DNA of 64,000 nucleotides from Azolla caroliniana (GCA_043228905.1 JBHGNT010000010.1:9610001-9674000), one strand, 5' to 3'. Shown: positions 35,160 through 47,985, counted from the stretch's first letter. Notes: generated from the letters alone by a model not told the origin. Numbers and translations are program-made.

Positions 35160-37658
35160 ACGTAATAATCTTTAGTTTAAACAATCCTTTTAGGCTTAGT
35201 TTCTACAAAAACAAATATTGGCCATAGTCTAAATATATGTAAAATAAGATGTGTATATTGTGATTTGTGAAAAACTATCCTTTATTAGGTCGGAATTGTT
35301 AATGGCCAACGGGCTTGTAACGTGAAGGGACCCTATAGGGTTTCCACGTTGTATAAAAGGGTAAGCGCTCTCATATAAAAGAGACCTTTCAGTGCTCTAA
35401 CGTTGGGCTACGTTTTCGTTCTCATTCTCTCCCCTTACATCCACGAATAGCCATTTTCTTCCATGTAGGTTTGTCGCACCAATTAATCGAGATGTACATG
35501 TTTCTTTTTGAATAATTATTTATTTGATTGAGACACCTTGTATTTTGTTATTTAATACTTAATTATCTATTTAGTTACGACTAATGTATTTCTTGATTGC
35601 TATAGTGATTAAGAGTGTTAATTTTTAATTAACTTAAGAAGACTCTGAGGCTTTTGCAATTGCATGGAGTGGAGAGATAAGTGCTTTTATGTATTCATGT
35701 ATGACATCATCTTTTTGAATTTGGGAGGAATTTCCCCTAACCCCTCGGTTAGTGCACCATGAGGCAGATGACCCCTTCGAACTTGGTAATGACCCTTTGG
35801 AGTGAAACACTCCAAGGTATGAGTCGTCTTGGTTCCTTCAAGAAAGCAAAATTCATGTTCCTTAAATTCTCTCCTTCCTAAATTTTGTTCCACAATGTGA
35901 AATTGCGAACCAAATTTCTTTTGTGTTCTTTGCTAAGACTAGAAGACAATAACACACTCAACACCCGAAAGTACACAGTGGAAATCTCGTTTTCGCAAAA
36001 TTAAGACAAATTTACATGATGATGAAGCAAGCTAACAAATTGACATTGTCTAGACTCTTTACTAAGTTCCAAGTTGGGAATGGCATTTAGGCAATGTGGA
36101 GGCAATGTGAATACAACTAAGTTATGTTACAAATTAGATTAATAATGCCAAGGAAGGTCTTTCCATGACCATTTCCTAAATCCATATTTGTTTGAGGGTG
36201 CATCTTAATCAAGTGTTCTATGTCTCACTTTTCAAAGCTCTATTAGATTTCATTGTTCGTCCCCCATCTCGTTTTCCATTTCATAATGGACCAATATACA
36301 AGGTAGAAGCAAATTTGGACTCCACATTACTATAAAGTCGTTTTCGAACCATTCTAGCTCAACGTAAATTTTCGTATTTTGCCAATAAAAATTTCATTCT
36401 CCCTGGGCATAAGGAATTCATACTTGACTAACAGATAATTCCATAAATGCAAGACACTAATTAATGGAGAAGTTGATACTATGCTTAGAGTGAAGATTGG
36501 TTTTCAACAATTTAACACTCTAGGAGAAATATTACGCTTAGATAACTCCATACTTCCACACTTACACCTTCTGTATTCCAGTTTTGCTTTTAAGACATGG
36601 AGAATCTGAGCCAAAATCCCTCCCTAACATACAATTCACCACAGTTGTGATATATAATGGAAGAATGCAACAATTTCTCTACATGTTTCTATTTTATTTA
36701 TTTGGAGTCACATATGCATAATGCCACATGACAGAAAGGAAAGCTGAAGTCTAGAGCTATATATTTCAAGGAAATTGGATGTGGAGAAGAAAGAGCACCA
36801 CCCATGCATGGATTCTTCTGTCTACACAGATTCCATTTACAACTTGCAGAGATGGAAGGGAGAATGATTGATGAGAGACAGAGTACAAGAATGGAAGGAG
36901 AAAGGGCTCCCCGTTGCACAAAACAGGCAAGGAGACCCAACCGCAGAGAATACTTGCGGTGAAAATTCTAAGTGAAGCTCCCCTGTATGGCAATGCTTCA
37001 AGACGCCATGATGAAACCCTAGGGGTTTCATACGGCAAACTCCTCCTTAATCTGAAAACCAGCAGACCAAAGACATTTTGTTGAAACGGATCCTTCATCT
37101 TTAGACTATAAGAAGGATCAAACAGGCACTTAACTCCCTACGATCAAAGCCATATGAGAAACCTGAACCTGAAAACTATATATGTCCCTTTGTGTCCATT
37201 CCAATCTTGTCAAAACGACCATTCAAAGATGTGGACTCCAACTGAGATTCTAACCTGCAGCAGATGATGACGACGACGATGCATTATCATCAAAATCTCT
37301 AGGATGAAAACTCCAGCTGAATCTGAATGCCTAGATAAGCTGATGTTCATCCCACCCTTTGCAAAATGCCATTGGAACTCCTTTGACGAGGAGAAGAAGC
37401 AACGGAAGTTCATGATCACTTCAGCTGCCGTTAATTCTTTATGATCAAAATCTGAGGGTTTCAAATATAAATCCTTCCGGAAGAAGGATTTATATGTGAA
37501 ACGACATTCATTCACTGAACTCCTGATCCTTCTATTGAGATCGTGAAGGAGCAGAAACGTAAGTGACGAGGAGGGGGGAGGATGATGACAGAGAAGACGA
37601 TGCAGGAGTCACGTATGATCATGACCCAGGGGGTAGTGAAAATCGCCTCATCTTGATG

Positions 37659-38159
37659 TCACATCATGAAACGTTTCCTTCCACGGTTGCCCCCAGCCGA
37701 TGGTCCAGACGGTGGGACATGAATCTGTCGATGTACAGATGGAAGTGAAGGAATGGAATCCGCTGTATTCTGTAGCTTTATACGCATCACGAGCAGATTC
37801 TGTATATTGGAACTACTACTTGAACGCGAAGATCGAATGTGGATGAAGCCGTCCAGAGCAGCACGCCACTCCTGCAAAGTGGAGCTTCCATGAACCCTGC
37901 ACAAACGAGAAGAAAATGAACAAGAACTACGACGATCATGGCAGGTGAAAGAAGGAGAAGAACAAGAATGAGCATAAAGAGAAGGAGGAGAAAGGATGAA
38001 AGAGCACCAGATAGCAAGGAAGCAGACGGAGGTGATGATGAGGCGAGGCTGGGAGAGCAGGCGCAGGCATGGAGCTTCATGGATCCCTCCATTGCGGCAA
38101 TTCCACCACCTGCTGAGGGGAAGGGGGGGGACCTGAATGGCGGCCATATCCATGGGCAT
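37659..38159 (-). CDS. Putative small secreted peptide precursor, IDA/IDL- or PIP-like (166 aa from first ATG)
   Basis: Single exon; hydrophobic segment LIITSVCFLAIWCSFILSPPSLYA, variable middle, C-terminal HVPPSGPSAGGN followed by RGRKR; non-TE context with microsatellite-bearing leader. Confidence 0.55.
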   Translation of the reverse strand: MPMDMAAIQVPPLPLSRWWNCRNGGIHEAPCLRLLSQPRLIITSVCFLAIWCSFILSPPSLYAHSCSSPSFTCHDRRSSCSFSSRLCRVHGSSTLQEWRAALDGFIHIRSSRSSSSSNIQNLLVMRIKLQNTADSIPSLPSVHRQIHVPPSGPSAGGNRGRKRFMM

Positions 38160-38559
38160 CACACTCGATATAGGACGGATATGGCGGCTTAGAACTTTAC
38201 TACGATGGAATAGAATGGAGCCGTTAACACAGACAGACAGACAGACAGACAGAGAACGCAGCTTCAGGAGCAGAGAGAGAACGCATAATAATAGCGGGGC
38301 TTCCAAATGTAGTTATAGTTAATAATAATAAGAATATAGAGTAAACTCACATTATGAAATGTACAGACATACGTAAACCATTCAATATTGGTTGTACTTC
38401 ACACCTGGTGTCCCTATTAACCATGGTTAAATTTGGGTGAGAGACCAGCGCCAACGGTGTAAGAGCTTGTGTTCTGGTTGGCTAACTCAAGAAGCGCGAA
38501 AACCAATAGAAGAATGTTTAGATGAATTATTACAAAATGCAAGCATGTCGATATGATCC

Positions 38560-39330
38560 ACCCAATCTTTCTTATTTGCCTCCGATAACAAAACGACTGT
38601 AGTTTTCAAAGCCCTGATTTACCCTTTCCATTGGCCATTTGTTTGAGGATGAGCCATGGAGGACAATTTGGAGTTGTCTGTCTGACAATTTGAAAAGTTC
38701 TTGCAAAAATCATGATAGTAAATCCCTATCAGACACGATAGCGGCAGGCATTCCATGATATTTAAATACTTACTTGGAAGAACAATTTGGCAGCTTGGGG
38801 GGTTATGAGAGGTAGTTTTCCAGGTACAAAATGAGCTTGTTTAGGGAAATTGTTGATGCCCATCATGATTGCATTATAACCTCTCCACACCAAATCCACT
38901 ATGAAATCCATGCTCACCACATCCCACGGTTGAGACCTAGGTTATAGTTGGCCATACGGTTTGTCCACGTTGAGCTTTAACTTGTTTACATGCCACACAA
39001 GGTTGTATATAGTGTTTTACATATGAGCTTTAACTTCATATTGGGCCAAAAACTTATCACGAAATGCTATAAGTGCTCAGTGAATGAAATCATGCCCTAC
39101 GATCTTACAATCATGTGCTTCTTGCAAAATCATCAATGGGTACAAACAAGTTATCATATGCCATTACTAAACCTTGTTGCATTCCAAGCAATCCATGGGC
39201 TCCATGTTGCATTTCCATATCTAAAATTAGTTGTTGCATATGGATCACAACTGAGTTGTTCCAATGCCATGTAGCAAAGAATCATCTAAAATAACCCAAA
39301 GGGTACAACTTGCAAGCATAAGGAATTCAA
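38560..39330 (-). pseudogene. Highly degraded Ty3/gypsy integrase remnant
   Basis: Minus strand reads WDVVSMDFIVDL, HGMPAAIVSDRD, HPQTNGQ. Confidence 0.75.
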
Positions 39331-39410
39331 CTTAAAGCTCCATTGTTATGGTTGCTGTAGAAACCAAATTCTACCAGAAAATCTTGCCAATGGGCTTGTT
39401 TAAGAGAGAC

Positions 39411-40670
39411 TTTTTTTTCTTTTCCAAAACAGAACTCCGTCCATTAGTTATAAAATTTTACAAATAAGAGTATTATATACAAATCCTTGTAGGGACGCGA
39501 TAGTTCCATCTTATGTGGATGCCCACAAACTCAAGAAAGGGACAGTATGACCACTGTTGGATAAAGGCTAGTTGTTGTCTTTCAACTCCATCGAAGCTGC
39601 CCATGAGCCCATCGTATTGGCTCTTTAGAGTGGCTACAACTTCACTCCATATCTCTTGCATTAACATTATTGGATGCACGGTTTGGTTGGACAAGACTCG
39701 TCTACACCATTGTTTCCATAGAATCCAGAAAGTTATTGGGTTGACCATTTCCAACACAACTTGAGATTTGGCATTAATAGGAGTTGAGTGGATATTGCCA
39801 ATGGTGGAAGAAAAAACCTCTTGTGTTTTTATCACCAAAGTCATCCCCTCCTCCTAATGCTCGTATCTGTCAACTGGGCCTGCCATGATAACCAACATAA
39901 TTGCAATAGGCGACCAACCCCCCACCACATTCGATGGGTCTCTCGGCAGTCCCACAGAGCATGTCGGATTGATTTTGTTGCATTTAGGCAAGCTACACAA
40001 TTAGGAGAGCTAAGGTTTCTGCGTTATCACGCTCCAACCGGTAGTGACTCATGTATTAATAGCCATTGGAACGTGGTAATTCGCCTCGCATGTTGTCATT
40101 TCTAGATTTTCGGCCAAAACTTGGTGATAATTGTGTGAGAAACATGATATGTGTGCTAGACCTTTGCAACAGCCGCCTCTCGGGCGGTTTGAGTGGCTAA
40201 AATGTAGCGACCCAATTTATTCGTGAATTGGAAGAAAGGGATGACTTTGCTTCCTTGATCCGCATAAGGATCGTGCCATGTCCGTTGCAAAGGGTCCCTA
40301 TTGACAGGTTACGTAGCCATGTGTTTTCATGAGTACATATGTGCCATTCTGGTTGTACTTTGATCGGATCGAGATCTACAATTCATTTATGACCAATATA
40401 TGTGAGTACTCGAATTCCCATATTCAATGTTAGTATCTCATCGTCTCGCAATTCAAAGCCTTCGATCCTGTCCGGTATTTCCCTACCTCTTGGGATCAAA
40501 GAGCCCTCCTCCACGTAGCCTATCCATTTCTCCATTGTCGTCCTTTAATTAGTAGCTTCCCTAAGTAGTAGAGCGTTAATCATTTCAGATCTCATTGTCC
40601 ATCCACTGCTAATTTCGTGGAGTATGTTGGCTTGATCTTGTATTGGCAATGACATAAATCGTTATTGTAA
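39411..40670 (-). mobile_element. L1-type LINE 3' fragment (zf-RVT-like region, A-rich tail)
   Basis: HALWDC and FWILWKQWCRRV motifs; T-run at 39411-39423 is an A tail on the minus strand. Confidence 0.65.
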
Positions 40671-40759
40671 AGATTGTCGTTGTATGTCACAACCGTCGGG
40701 GTTTTGCGACTCGGGGATGATCGCGTGGATGATGTGAGAACACAAGATAGATGTGACAT

Positions 40760-41637
40760 TGTCACGAAAGGATTTTAAATATTTGTAAAACACCACTTAT
40801 AATATTTATTTACCAAAAGTTACTTTGCAAGGCTCTAACTCGACTCCTCTCCTCTCTTGGAGGTAAGGATTATCAAATCAACCACTTGTTTGTCTTTATA
40901 TTTACTATTTTTATGTTACAAAACTTGTTTACCAAAATCTAGTTGTTTTGAGAAGACTTGAACTCACGAACTCAATTTGCATGGAGGTGTTTGAGATAAA
41001 CCACTTCAACTTGTTTGTCTTTATATATTACTATTTTTATGTTACAAAACTTGTTTACCAAAATCTAGTTGTTTTGAGAAGACTTGAACTCACAAACCCA
41101 ATTTGCATGGAGGTGTTTGAGATAAACCACTTCAACTTCTTTATCTTCATCATGTATTCAACAAGCCACCATCTTGTTAAGCGATGTCTACATCCTCTCT
41201 CCCCACTTCTCCCTCTCTTTAGCCACCATAGGAGTGGCTTTTATAGGGGGGTCAACCGCCCAAGCACCCTGTTGAGGCGGTTGACAAACCACCTCATGCA
41301 TGGGCGGTTCTTTATTTATTTATTATTTTATTTTTTGTTATTTAGTTATTTTTATTTATTTATTTATTTACAAATTCTATTTTATACTTTTACATTCCAG
41401 AAATTACAAAATCATCCTCATTTAATTTTGAACTCCCCCTTTTGATATAATTACAATTTTGTCCCGAGTGATCTTGAGGATAACATTGATCCTTTTGGTG
41501 GCTATATCTTGGGCTTCGGAACTCCGATTCACAAATTGAAAAATCGTACATGCTCCTCATCACAAGCTCCAGATAGAAATGTCTTTCTATATGTTTTTAG
41601 CATTGTTTCGACATCGTGAAGCCTCAACTTCACAACA
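40760..41637 (-). repeat. LTR-like sequence containing a ~126-bp tandem duplication (40886-41137)
   Basis: TGTCAC start, possible CAACA end, CCTATAAA on minus strand at ~41240; duplication visible directly; no TSD found. Confidence 0.45.
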
Positions 41638-41725
41638 ATGCCTCCAACATTCTAGATACTTTTTCCTTGACCTTCTACAATGTATCAGGTTCGTTTTGGA
41701 TACATGGGTTCAGTTAGAATCATAT

Positions 41726-42363
41726 TGTTGATCTATGGGAAAGGTAGACTGAAATGCACAACACGGAAACAGAAAACAACAAGTCGATAGAGAATACACA
41801 ACACACATTTTTACATGGAAACCCTAAACATGGGGAAAACCACTGTGTAATAGATCTTCGCTATGAATAGAGGTACAAGAAGGAATAACAGATTACAAAT
41901 CTCTGAAAATAAGAAAATACCCACATAGGATTATTGGCTAGTTTCACTAAACTATGCCTCTCTCGTGTGCACGCTCGCGTCTCTTCCTACTCTTTGCTAT
42001 GCTCTCTTCCACTCACTCTGACAGAAGCTCTATACACACCATTACCATTACACAATTAGTTTTCCCTAGCTATTCCTATTTATAGGAGGGATATGTTACT
42101 ATTATTATATATATTATAATAATAATTAATCAACCCGACTTATCGGCCTTGTCTTCGACCATCCGGTTAGCCCAACTTTGGGATCCATCCAATGTAGTCG
42201 ACTATCATAGTCGACTCTCTATCTCCTTCAAACTAATCGACCACCCTGTCAACTCGCTGGTTGATCCGATCGATCATCCTGTATTCGGCTGTTGATTCGA
42301 CTGTCGACTTCTTCCTTGACTTTGACAATGGGCTTCTCCCTTGACTTCGACTATTGATCGGCA
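41726..42363 (-). repeat. Copia-type LTR (C1/C3 family), partial or solo
   Basis: TGTTG end and TTTACATGGAAACCCTAAACATGGGGAAAACCAC block shared with 9569-9601 and 30474-30503. Confidence 0.75.
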
Positions 42364-43048
42364 CCCATGGTGGCTCTTTTCCCGGTTGTAAATCTATGGG
42401 GCAATCATACGGTCGATGGTGAGGAAGTGTATTGGCTTGTACTTTATCGAACACATTGGCATAATGATGATACTTCTTTGGAAGTTGAACGATGGACTCC
42501 TCTTTAGTGGTGTCGAAGGGTTTTACTGATTTTGCGAAGAGAAATATTTCTTCCTTTCGTCCTTTTTCCCGCAACTGATGTAGCGAAATGGTTGCAATCT
42601 TATAAGTAGATCCTCAGGCTTGTCGATACTGGATTTCTCTTGTTCTCCAATTTATCTCTAGGTTATGTAATTCAAACCATGGTAATCCTAAAACGATGGG
42701 ATGTTCTGGGATACTAATTATATTAAATGATACTACACACGCTAGATTATCTAGGACAATATTAACGAGCTCTAACTCTTCTATCATATTTCCGGAAGCA
42801 ATGGGATGACCATCGATGACTACTACAGAGGTTGGACACGGGAGTTTTCTAAGAGATATCTGATGAGCATGGGCAAATTTCCTATCCGGAATCTAGAAGT
42901 GCTAAGACATGTATTTGAGGGGTACTTTTAGTACTAACTGTTACTTGGGCTACGAACGCATTGCTAACTTGCTTAGAGGGAATGGAACCACTAATGGGCT
43001 GCACAGATCTAGGGTTGTCCAACCAAACGACTCCTATTTTGGCTGGAC

Positions 43049-43940
43049 TTAGTCGTTTAACTCTTCTTCTAACTGACTAAGGATATCAAATTTATTCGCT
43101 AGATTTAGGCTATTAGTACTATTAGGACTATCAGATATTCCTACTGCAATAGACCTGGGTTTAGTACAATTAGAATTAGCAACTATTTGGTTTACCTGTC
43201 TTCTTGGCCTATGGGGATAATTTACTGCAATATGCCCAGTTCCACCGCAATAAAGACATAGTCGATTTGCTCGACGTCGTTGTTTTTCCTCTCCTGATAA
43301 TGGTCCGCGACGACGTGTAGTGCCAATCTCCATCAGAGTCGGAGTATTCACTGGAGACGCATTATTTGACTCCTTCAAAAAAGGTTTTCCTACCATTGAG
43401 GTGTAGGTGGTCTCTAATCTTGCCCTCGGCATCTGGAATTGTTGTTCCGAACCTCGTTCGAAAAGGCAGTTGTGCATCTCACCGCACGACTGATTGCTTT
43501 TGTTAATGACTTTGGTTCTTCGGGGAAGGTCAAGAGTAAATTCTTGACATCATTGCGTAAACCATAACGAAATTGCGCCATCAATGCTTGATCATCCCAA
43601 GGGATATCGGCGGCGAGTAGGCGGAAATTTGCAGCGTATGCGGAGGCTGGACGATCACCTTGGCATAATCGTTGGATTTTGTTGATTATTGTCCTTATGC
43701 TGTTAGTATCTCCAAAACAGGCTTTAAACTCACTTATAAATTCTTCAAAATTGTTTCGTAAGGGAGATTCCTTTTCTAACAACAGAGCGAACCATGTCAA
43801 TGCTGAGCCAGTAAGTAGAGTGCCTACTAGTCCCACTCGTGATGCATCAGTAGGATATCGAGAAGGATGCATTTGAATCACTAAATGTACCTAATGCAGA
43901 AAACCTCTAAAGTGTGATCGGGTCCCATCAAATTTTGTAG
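43049..43940 (-). pseudogene. gag: Gag of gypsy E (stop and frameshift)
   Basis: ORFs 43414-43881 and 43049-43477 overlap in different frames; upstream KFDGTRSHFRGFLH* is gag-like. Confidence 0.85.
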
Positions 43941-44215
43941 GAAAATCACTAGAGCTCTGAGAAAACAGATTGGTATTCTTGACCACTAATAGTTTCTATT
44001 TTACTAGGGAGGATAAGAGGATTAGTATGAAGGGAAAAAAGGGGTAAGAAAATGAGGGAAACCAGAAAGAAGACCGGAAAAAAGGGCATATGTAAGAAGA
44101 TAAAAGGAAGAGGAGGAAAGGAGGAAACGGAAGTAGGAAAATTGGTTCAAACTAAAGACCAGAAAAAAGAGGATATCTGAGAAGATAAAGGAAAGAGGAG
44201 GAAAGGAGGAGACGG

Positions 44216-45005
44216 TGTCGTGCCTTTCCGCGGTGGATCGTTTCGTGAGTCGGGTGGGAACCACTGGGGTTTTGGACTAGGATGAGGACGAATTTGAGAC
44301 GAGTCTAGTTATGAATAGATTATTAGAAAGAGAGATAGAAACTTGTGAATCCCACAAGTATAGTTGTTTTTAGTTTATCTTAATCGTAGTAATAAATTGA
44401 AATAGTTTAGAATAGATTAGAGTAGATTGAGAGAAAAGATCAAAACTTGTGAATCCCACAAGTATTATATTAATCAATATTTATGTAAGAATATGAATGT
44501 AGATTGAAAGACAAGGATATAGAAACCTTGTGAATCCCACGAATATAGTTTATTGATTGGTGTTTTTTAGAAATATATCCAATTTCCAAATATTTCACAC
44601 CTTATTACATTGTGCTCCCCATCCTTATATAGTGATGAGAGAGTCTTGGTAATCCATGCTTTTTCTCTAATTATGCCCTCCATGCTTTTTCTATCAATAG
44701 ACTATATGCTTTTTCTAAAGTCATGCGTTTTTTATTTATTGACTATAGTGTTCATGCACGCTAGATGTGCATGTGTAGCTTTTATCCTAGTGTGAACTTA
44801 CCTTTTTATGTGGGACATCTATTTTTTGACACTAATGATATGTTAGTGTAATGGTAAGGCTTCATATTATTAACATGGATGTACAAGGTTTGAATCCTGC
44901 CCTATGTATGTATGGCGTATTTTAATATTTTCTTCTACTTCATATTTATTGAATCGGTTATTTTATACGTTTTTCACGTAGTGTATGAAATACACTACAA
45001 CAACA
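44216..45005 (-). repeat. Solo LTR (790 bp, related to the gypsy D LTR end) inserted in the leader of gypsy E
   Basis: TGTCG...CAACA termini, flanks GACGG/GAAGG (4/5 TSD), purine-rich leader continues on both sides; internal TTGTGAATCCCAC repeated three times. Confidence 0.7.
44837..44906 (+). other. tRNA-like A/B-box cassette inside solo LTR
   Basis: TAGTGTAATGG ... CAAGGTTTGAATCCTG. Confidence 0.55.
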
Positions 45006-45028
45006 GAAGGAGGAAAATCGGTCCAAAT

Positions 45029-45430
45029 TGTCAGGAATAGTACTGGGACAGAGACGAAATTAGTACTAAGAGGAATAGAGGGTGTAGAACACTCGAGAGA
45101 AGGAGAGAGAGAGAGAGAGAGATCGAGGGAGAGAAAATGATGATGATAGCGATATATTATGTGAGAAGAATATACAAGGAAGGCTAGGAGGCTTAAGACT
45201 AGCGTTGAACCGATTGGGTTCGAAATAATGCATTGTGCTTCCTTTTATAGTGTTCTTAGGAGTTCCTAAAGCTTCTAGAATGTTCCAGAGAAATTTGGAA
45301 TATACATTCATTTTATATAGTAAAACTTAAATAAAATAATATCTTATGTATTACAATAGATACTGTAATGGTTAAGAGCTCGACCCATGTACCATAAGGT
45401 CATGGGTTTGAGTCTTGCCATATCATGACA
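45029..45430 (-). repeat. 5' LTR of gypsy E (402 bp) with tRNA-like cassette at 45359-45424
   Basis: TGTCA/TGACA termini; CTATAAAAGG on minus strand at 45241-45250; TACTGTAATGG...GGGTTTGAGTCT. Confidence 0.7.
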
Positions 45431-47935
45431 CCAAGCACATCTAGTCTAGCACTTGATAATGTCGACATACTCGTGTATGACTTCTCTTTGACCAAAACAA
45501 GCCATCTAAGACAGACTACAATCAAAATAATAAAAGAGAATATCCCAGAGCCTGTTGACGCAACACAGAGAAGAACAAGGAGTATGTCTCATAATCACGG
45601 TGACGTTTGATTGCAATTGGATGAAGACAATGCATTGGTTGCTAGTGATGATGAGGATGGGACCTCACAAACTTGGTCTTCTAGTTCATCGGGTGGGTCT
45701 GAAGGGGAAGGCTTATCTCTGGGGAGTGATGGATCTCATATATGAAATGTAAATATTGTATGTTACATCAATATGGCGATTCACAAATATGTATAAATAT
45801 ACATGTTAGTCATTTTGTAATTTTTGTACGTTCTCTTGTAAATTTCACATGTCGATTATGAGGAGCATTTTTTGAAAGCCCTAAATTTTTGGACATGGTA
45901 GAAATCAATATATTTTAGTTCAATTTCCAAAACCCTTTACGCATGCAATGGTCCTTTTTGTGAAATGACCTACTTTGTGCCTTTTTTGGACGGACTGTTC
46001 TTAAATTGCTACATATTACCTGTTTCAAATGACCCAGTGTTTAACTTAAGAACCAGTTGTGAACAGACAAATTGTTTGAGTTTCTAGAAAGCAAGTGAGA
46101 TTAGTTAAGAGAGGGTTGCAATCACAATAAAATGTTTGATGAACTTATGCAAATACCACTCAACGCATGGAAACCCGACCCACAAGGGTCATGTGCTCGA
46201 GTCATGTGGTGTTAAACACACGAGTGTAATCCTCAAAAACCTTACTTAAGGGCATGGGAACCAAATCGAATCGAACCCACCCACCCCAACCTCAATCAAG
46301 CGTTGAATGCCCCGCTTCCCAAACAAAAACCTTCTAAGACTCTAAGGATTCATTTGAGTAGAGCATTTGTGTTAACCGTTTGAGCTTATGTGAGTGCAAA
46401 GGGGAGCGCTTGACTGTGCAAAATGCCGAACTTGTTGGCTTCGATGGTGTCGCAAAATCACATGTGTACGTGTGCTACTTGAGTGGGACCACCACGGACT
46501 TGAACTAGAGAGGATGGATGGCGAAGGCTTGTTAGGCCCGAAGACATTGCAGAGTCGAAGGTAATCCAAAGTCGAAATCTCCTAAGAGTCAAACGATTGT
46601 CAAACTTGAAGGCTCTATAGAGTTGATGGTAAGTTAGAGGCAAAGATAAGACACAATTGAAGGTAAGTTAGAGTAGAAGATAAGTTAGAGTCAAAGGTAG
46701 TTAGTTTAGAGTCAAAAGCTTTGCATAGTGTAAGGTAGGTCTGTGTTGGACTTTCTACAGAGTCGAAGGTAGGTCAGCGTCGGGCGTTCTACAAACTCGA
46801 AGATAGGTCAGAGTCGGACGTTCTACAGAGTTGAAAGTAGTGACGCTCCGAACAATAAACTATACGTAAGAATAGTATTGAACCATGTAACTAACCCAAG
46901 GATCATGAAATTACAAATGGATTTTTAATATTAAGTCCAAAATCGATTGATTAAGAAAGAAATTCCCTTTATAAAGTAGGGATCACAAGTTTTTGGGGCC
47001 TTTTTATCACAATGATGGTAAATTTCAGGATTTTATCATAAACTAAGAACCCTAAATTTCATGAGGAAGATGAAAATTAAACCCTCAACAATAAGTATGT
47101 TGTGCAAAAGAAAAATAAGATGAAAAAGAAAAGAATAAGAACATTGAAGCTTCAGGGGAAAATCCTCAAGTTTTGGTGTAAACTCTCAACAATCAACGGC
47201 CACGTGGCCTCTTTGTTGATGTTGGTTTTACAGACCCTCTTGATTTGCTTCCGCATGTCTCTCTTTCTGCGCCTCCCCTCTTGTGTTCATGACTCTTTAC
47301 CCTTTTTATCAGATGAAAGAGGCTCTTCCTAAAATAAAGTTAGTGGGTGCTTTTTTATTTTTGCATGCACCCTGCTTTCTTTCCCTCTTATATGCTCTAC
47401 TTTTTCCTTATGACGCTTAATACTTTTTTATTTGATGTATTCAACTCTAACTCAAGATATGCCCTTTTTATCACACCTTCAATCTATCACGCAACCTTTC
47501 CAATGTTCCTATTTCAACTTGCTTCCTCCTATGTGCACCCCACATCAGGACAATGATATGACATTTGACCCCACTTTTGGACCACGATGAACCTTCACTA
47601 CATTGAGCCTTCAAGGCTAGATCTTGAAGTGTTTAGTGCCATTTTGATTCAACCTTCGAGCATTCAACACGCGAGCTCATCCCCAAACCTTAACTCGGAT
47701 CTCCCAAACCTTGAGTCCCCAACTCTCGACTCGAGGTTTGGACTCAAGCCAAGCTTTCACACTATAAACTCACTTTTACAAATACAAACATTCGACCTTT
47801 CAAACCTCTAGTCCAGGCATGGGTTGCACAACAAGCCTTACCATTCATCACCAAAATTACATCCTTACCCCTACGCATAAAACACTTAACACATACAAAC
47901 TTTCCACCATCCACCTTTTAAACATATGTATATAT

Positions 47936-47937
<2 letters not shown>

Positions 47938-47985
<48 letters not shown>

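Larger units (their letters stand above)
42364..45430 (-). mobile_element. Ty3/gypsy element E (chromovirus/Tcn1-like, PEG10-type gag): 5' LTR, gag, protease, RT start
   Basis: RVGLVGTLLTGSALTWF, QFRYGLRNDVK, CLYCGGTGHIAVNYP, LPHHRPYDCPIDLQPGKEPPW; LTR 45029-45430 with TGTCA...TGACA termini. Confidence 0.85.

Noticed and set aside
35160-35640. Possible solo LTR (TATAAAAGGG, CT-rich, AT-rich tail)
   Set aside because: Termini and TSD could not be identified.
37787-38092. Overlapping hydrophobic 101-aa ORF as the real gene
   Set aside because: The Leu-rich run follows from CT-rich sequence and has no motif; the other frame has the peptide motif. Not fully excluded.
44993-45005. CACTACAA as a CACTA transposon terminus
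   Set aside because: No partner TIR or subterminal repeats; better explained as the CAACA end of the solo LTR.
44216-45005. This LTR as the 5' LTR of gypsy E
   Set aside because: A near-TSD (GACGG/GAAGG) and a continuous leader on both sides indicate a later solo-LTR insertion.
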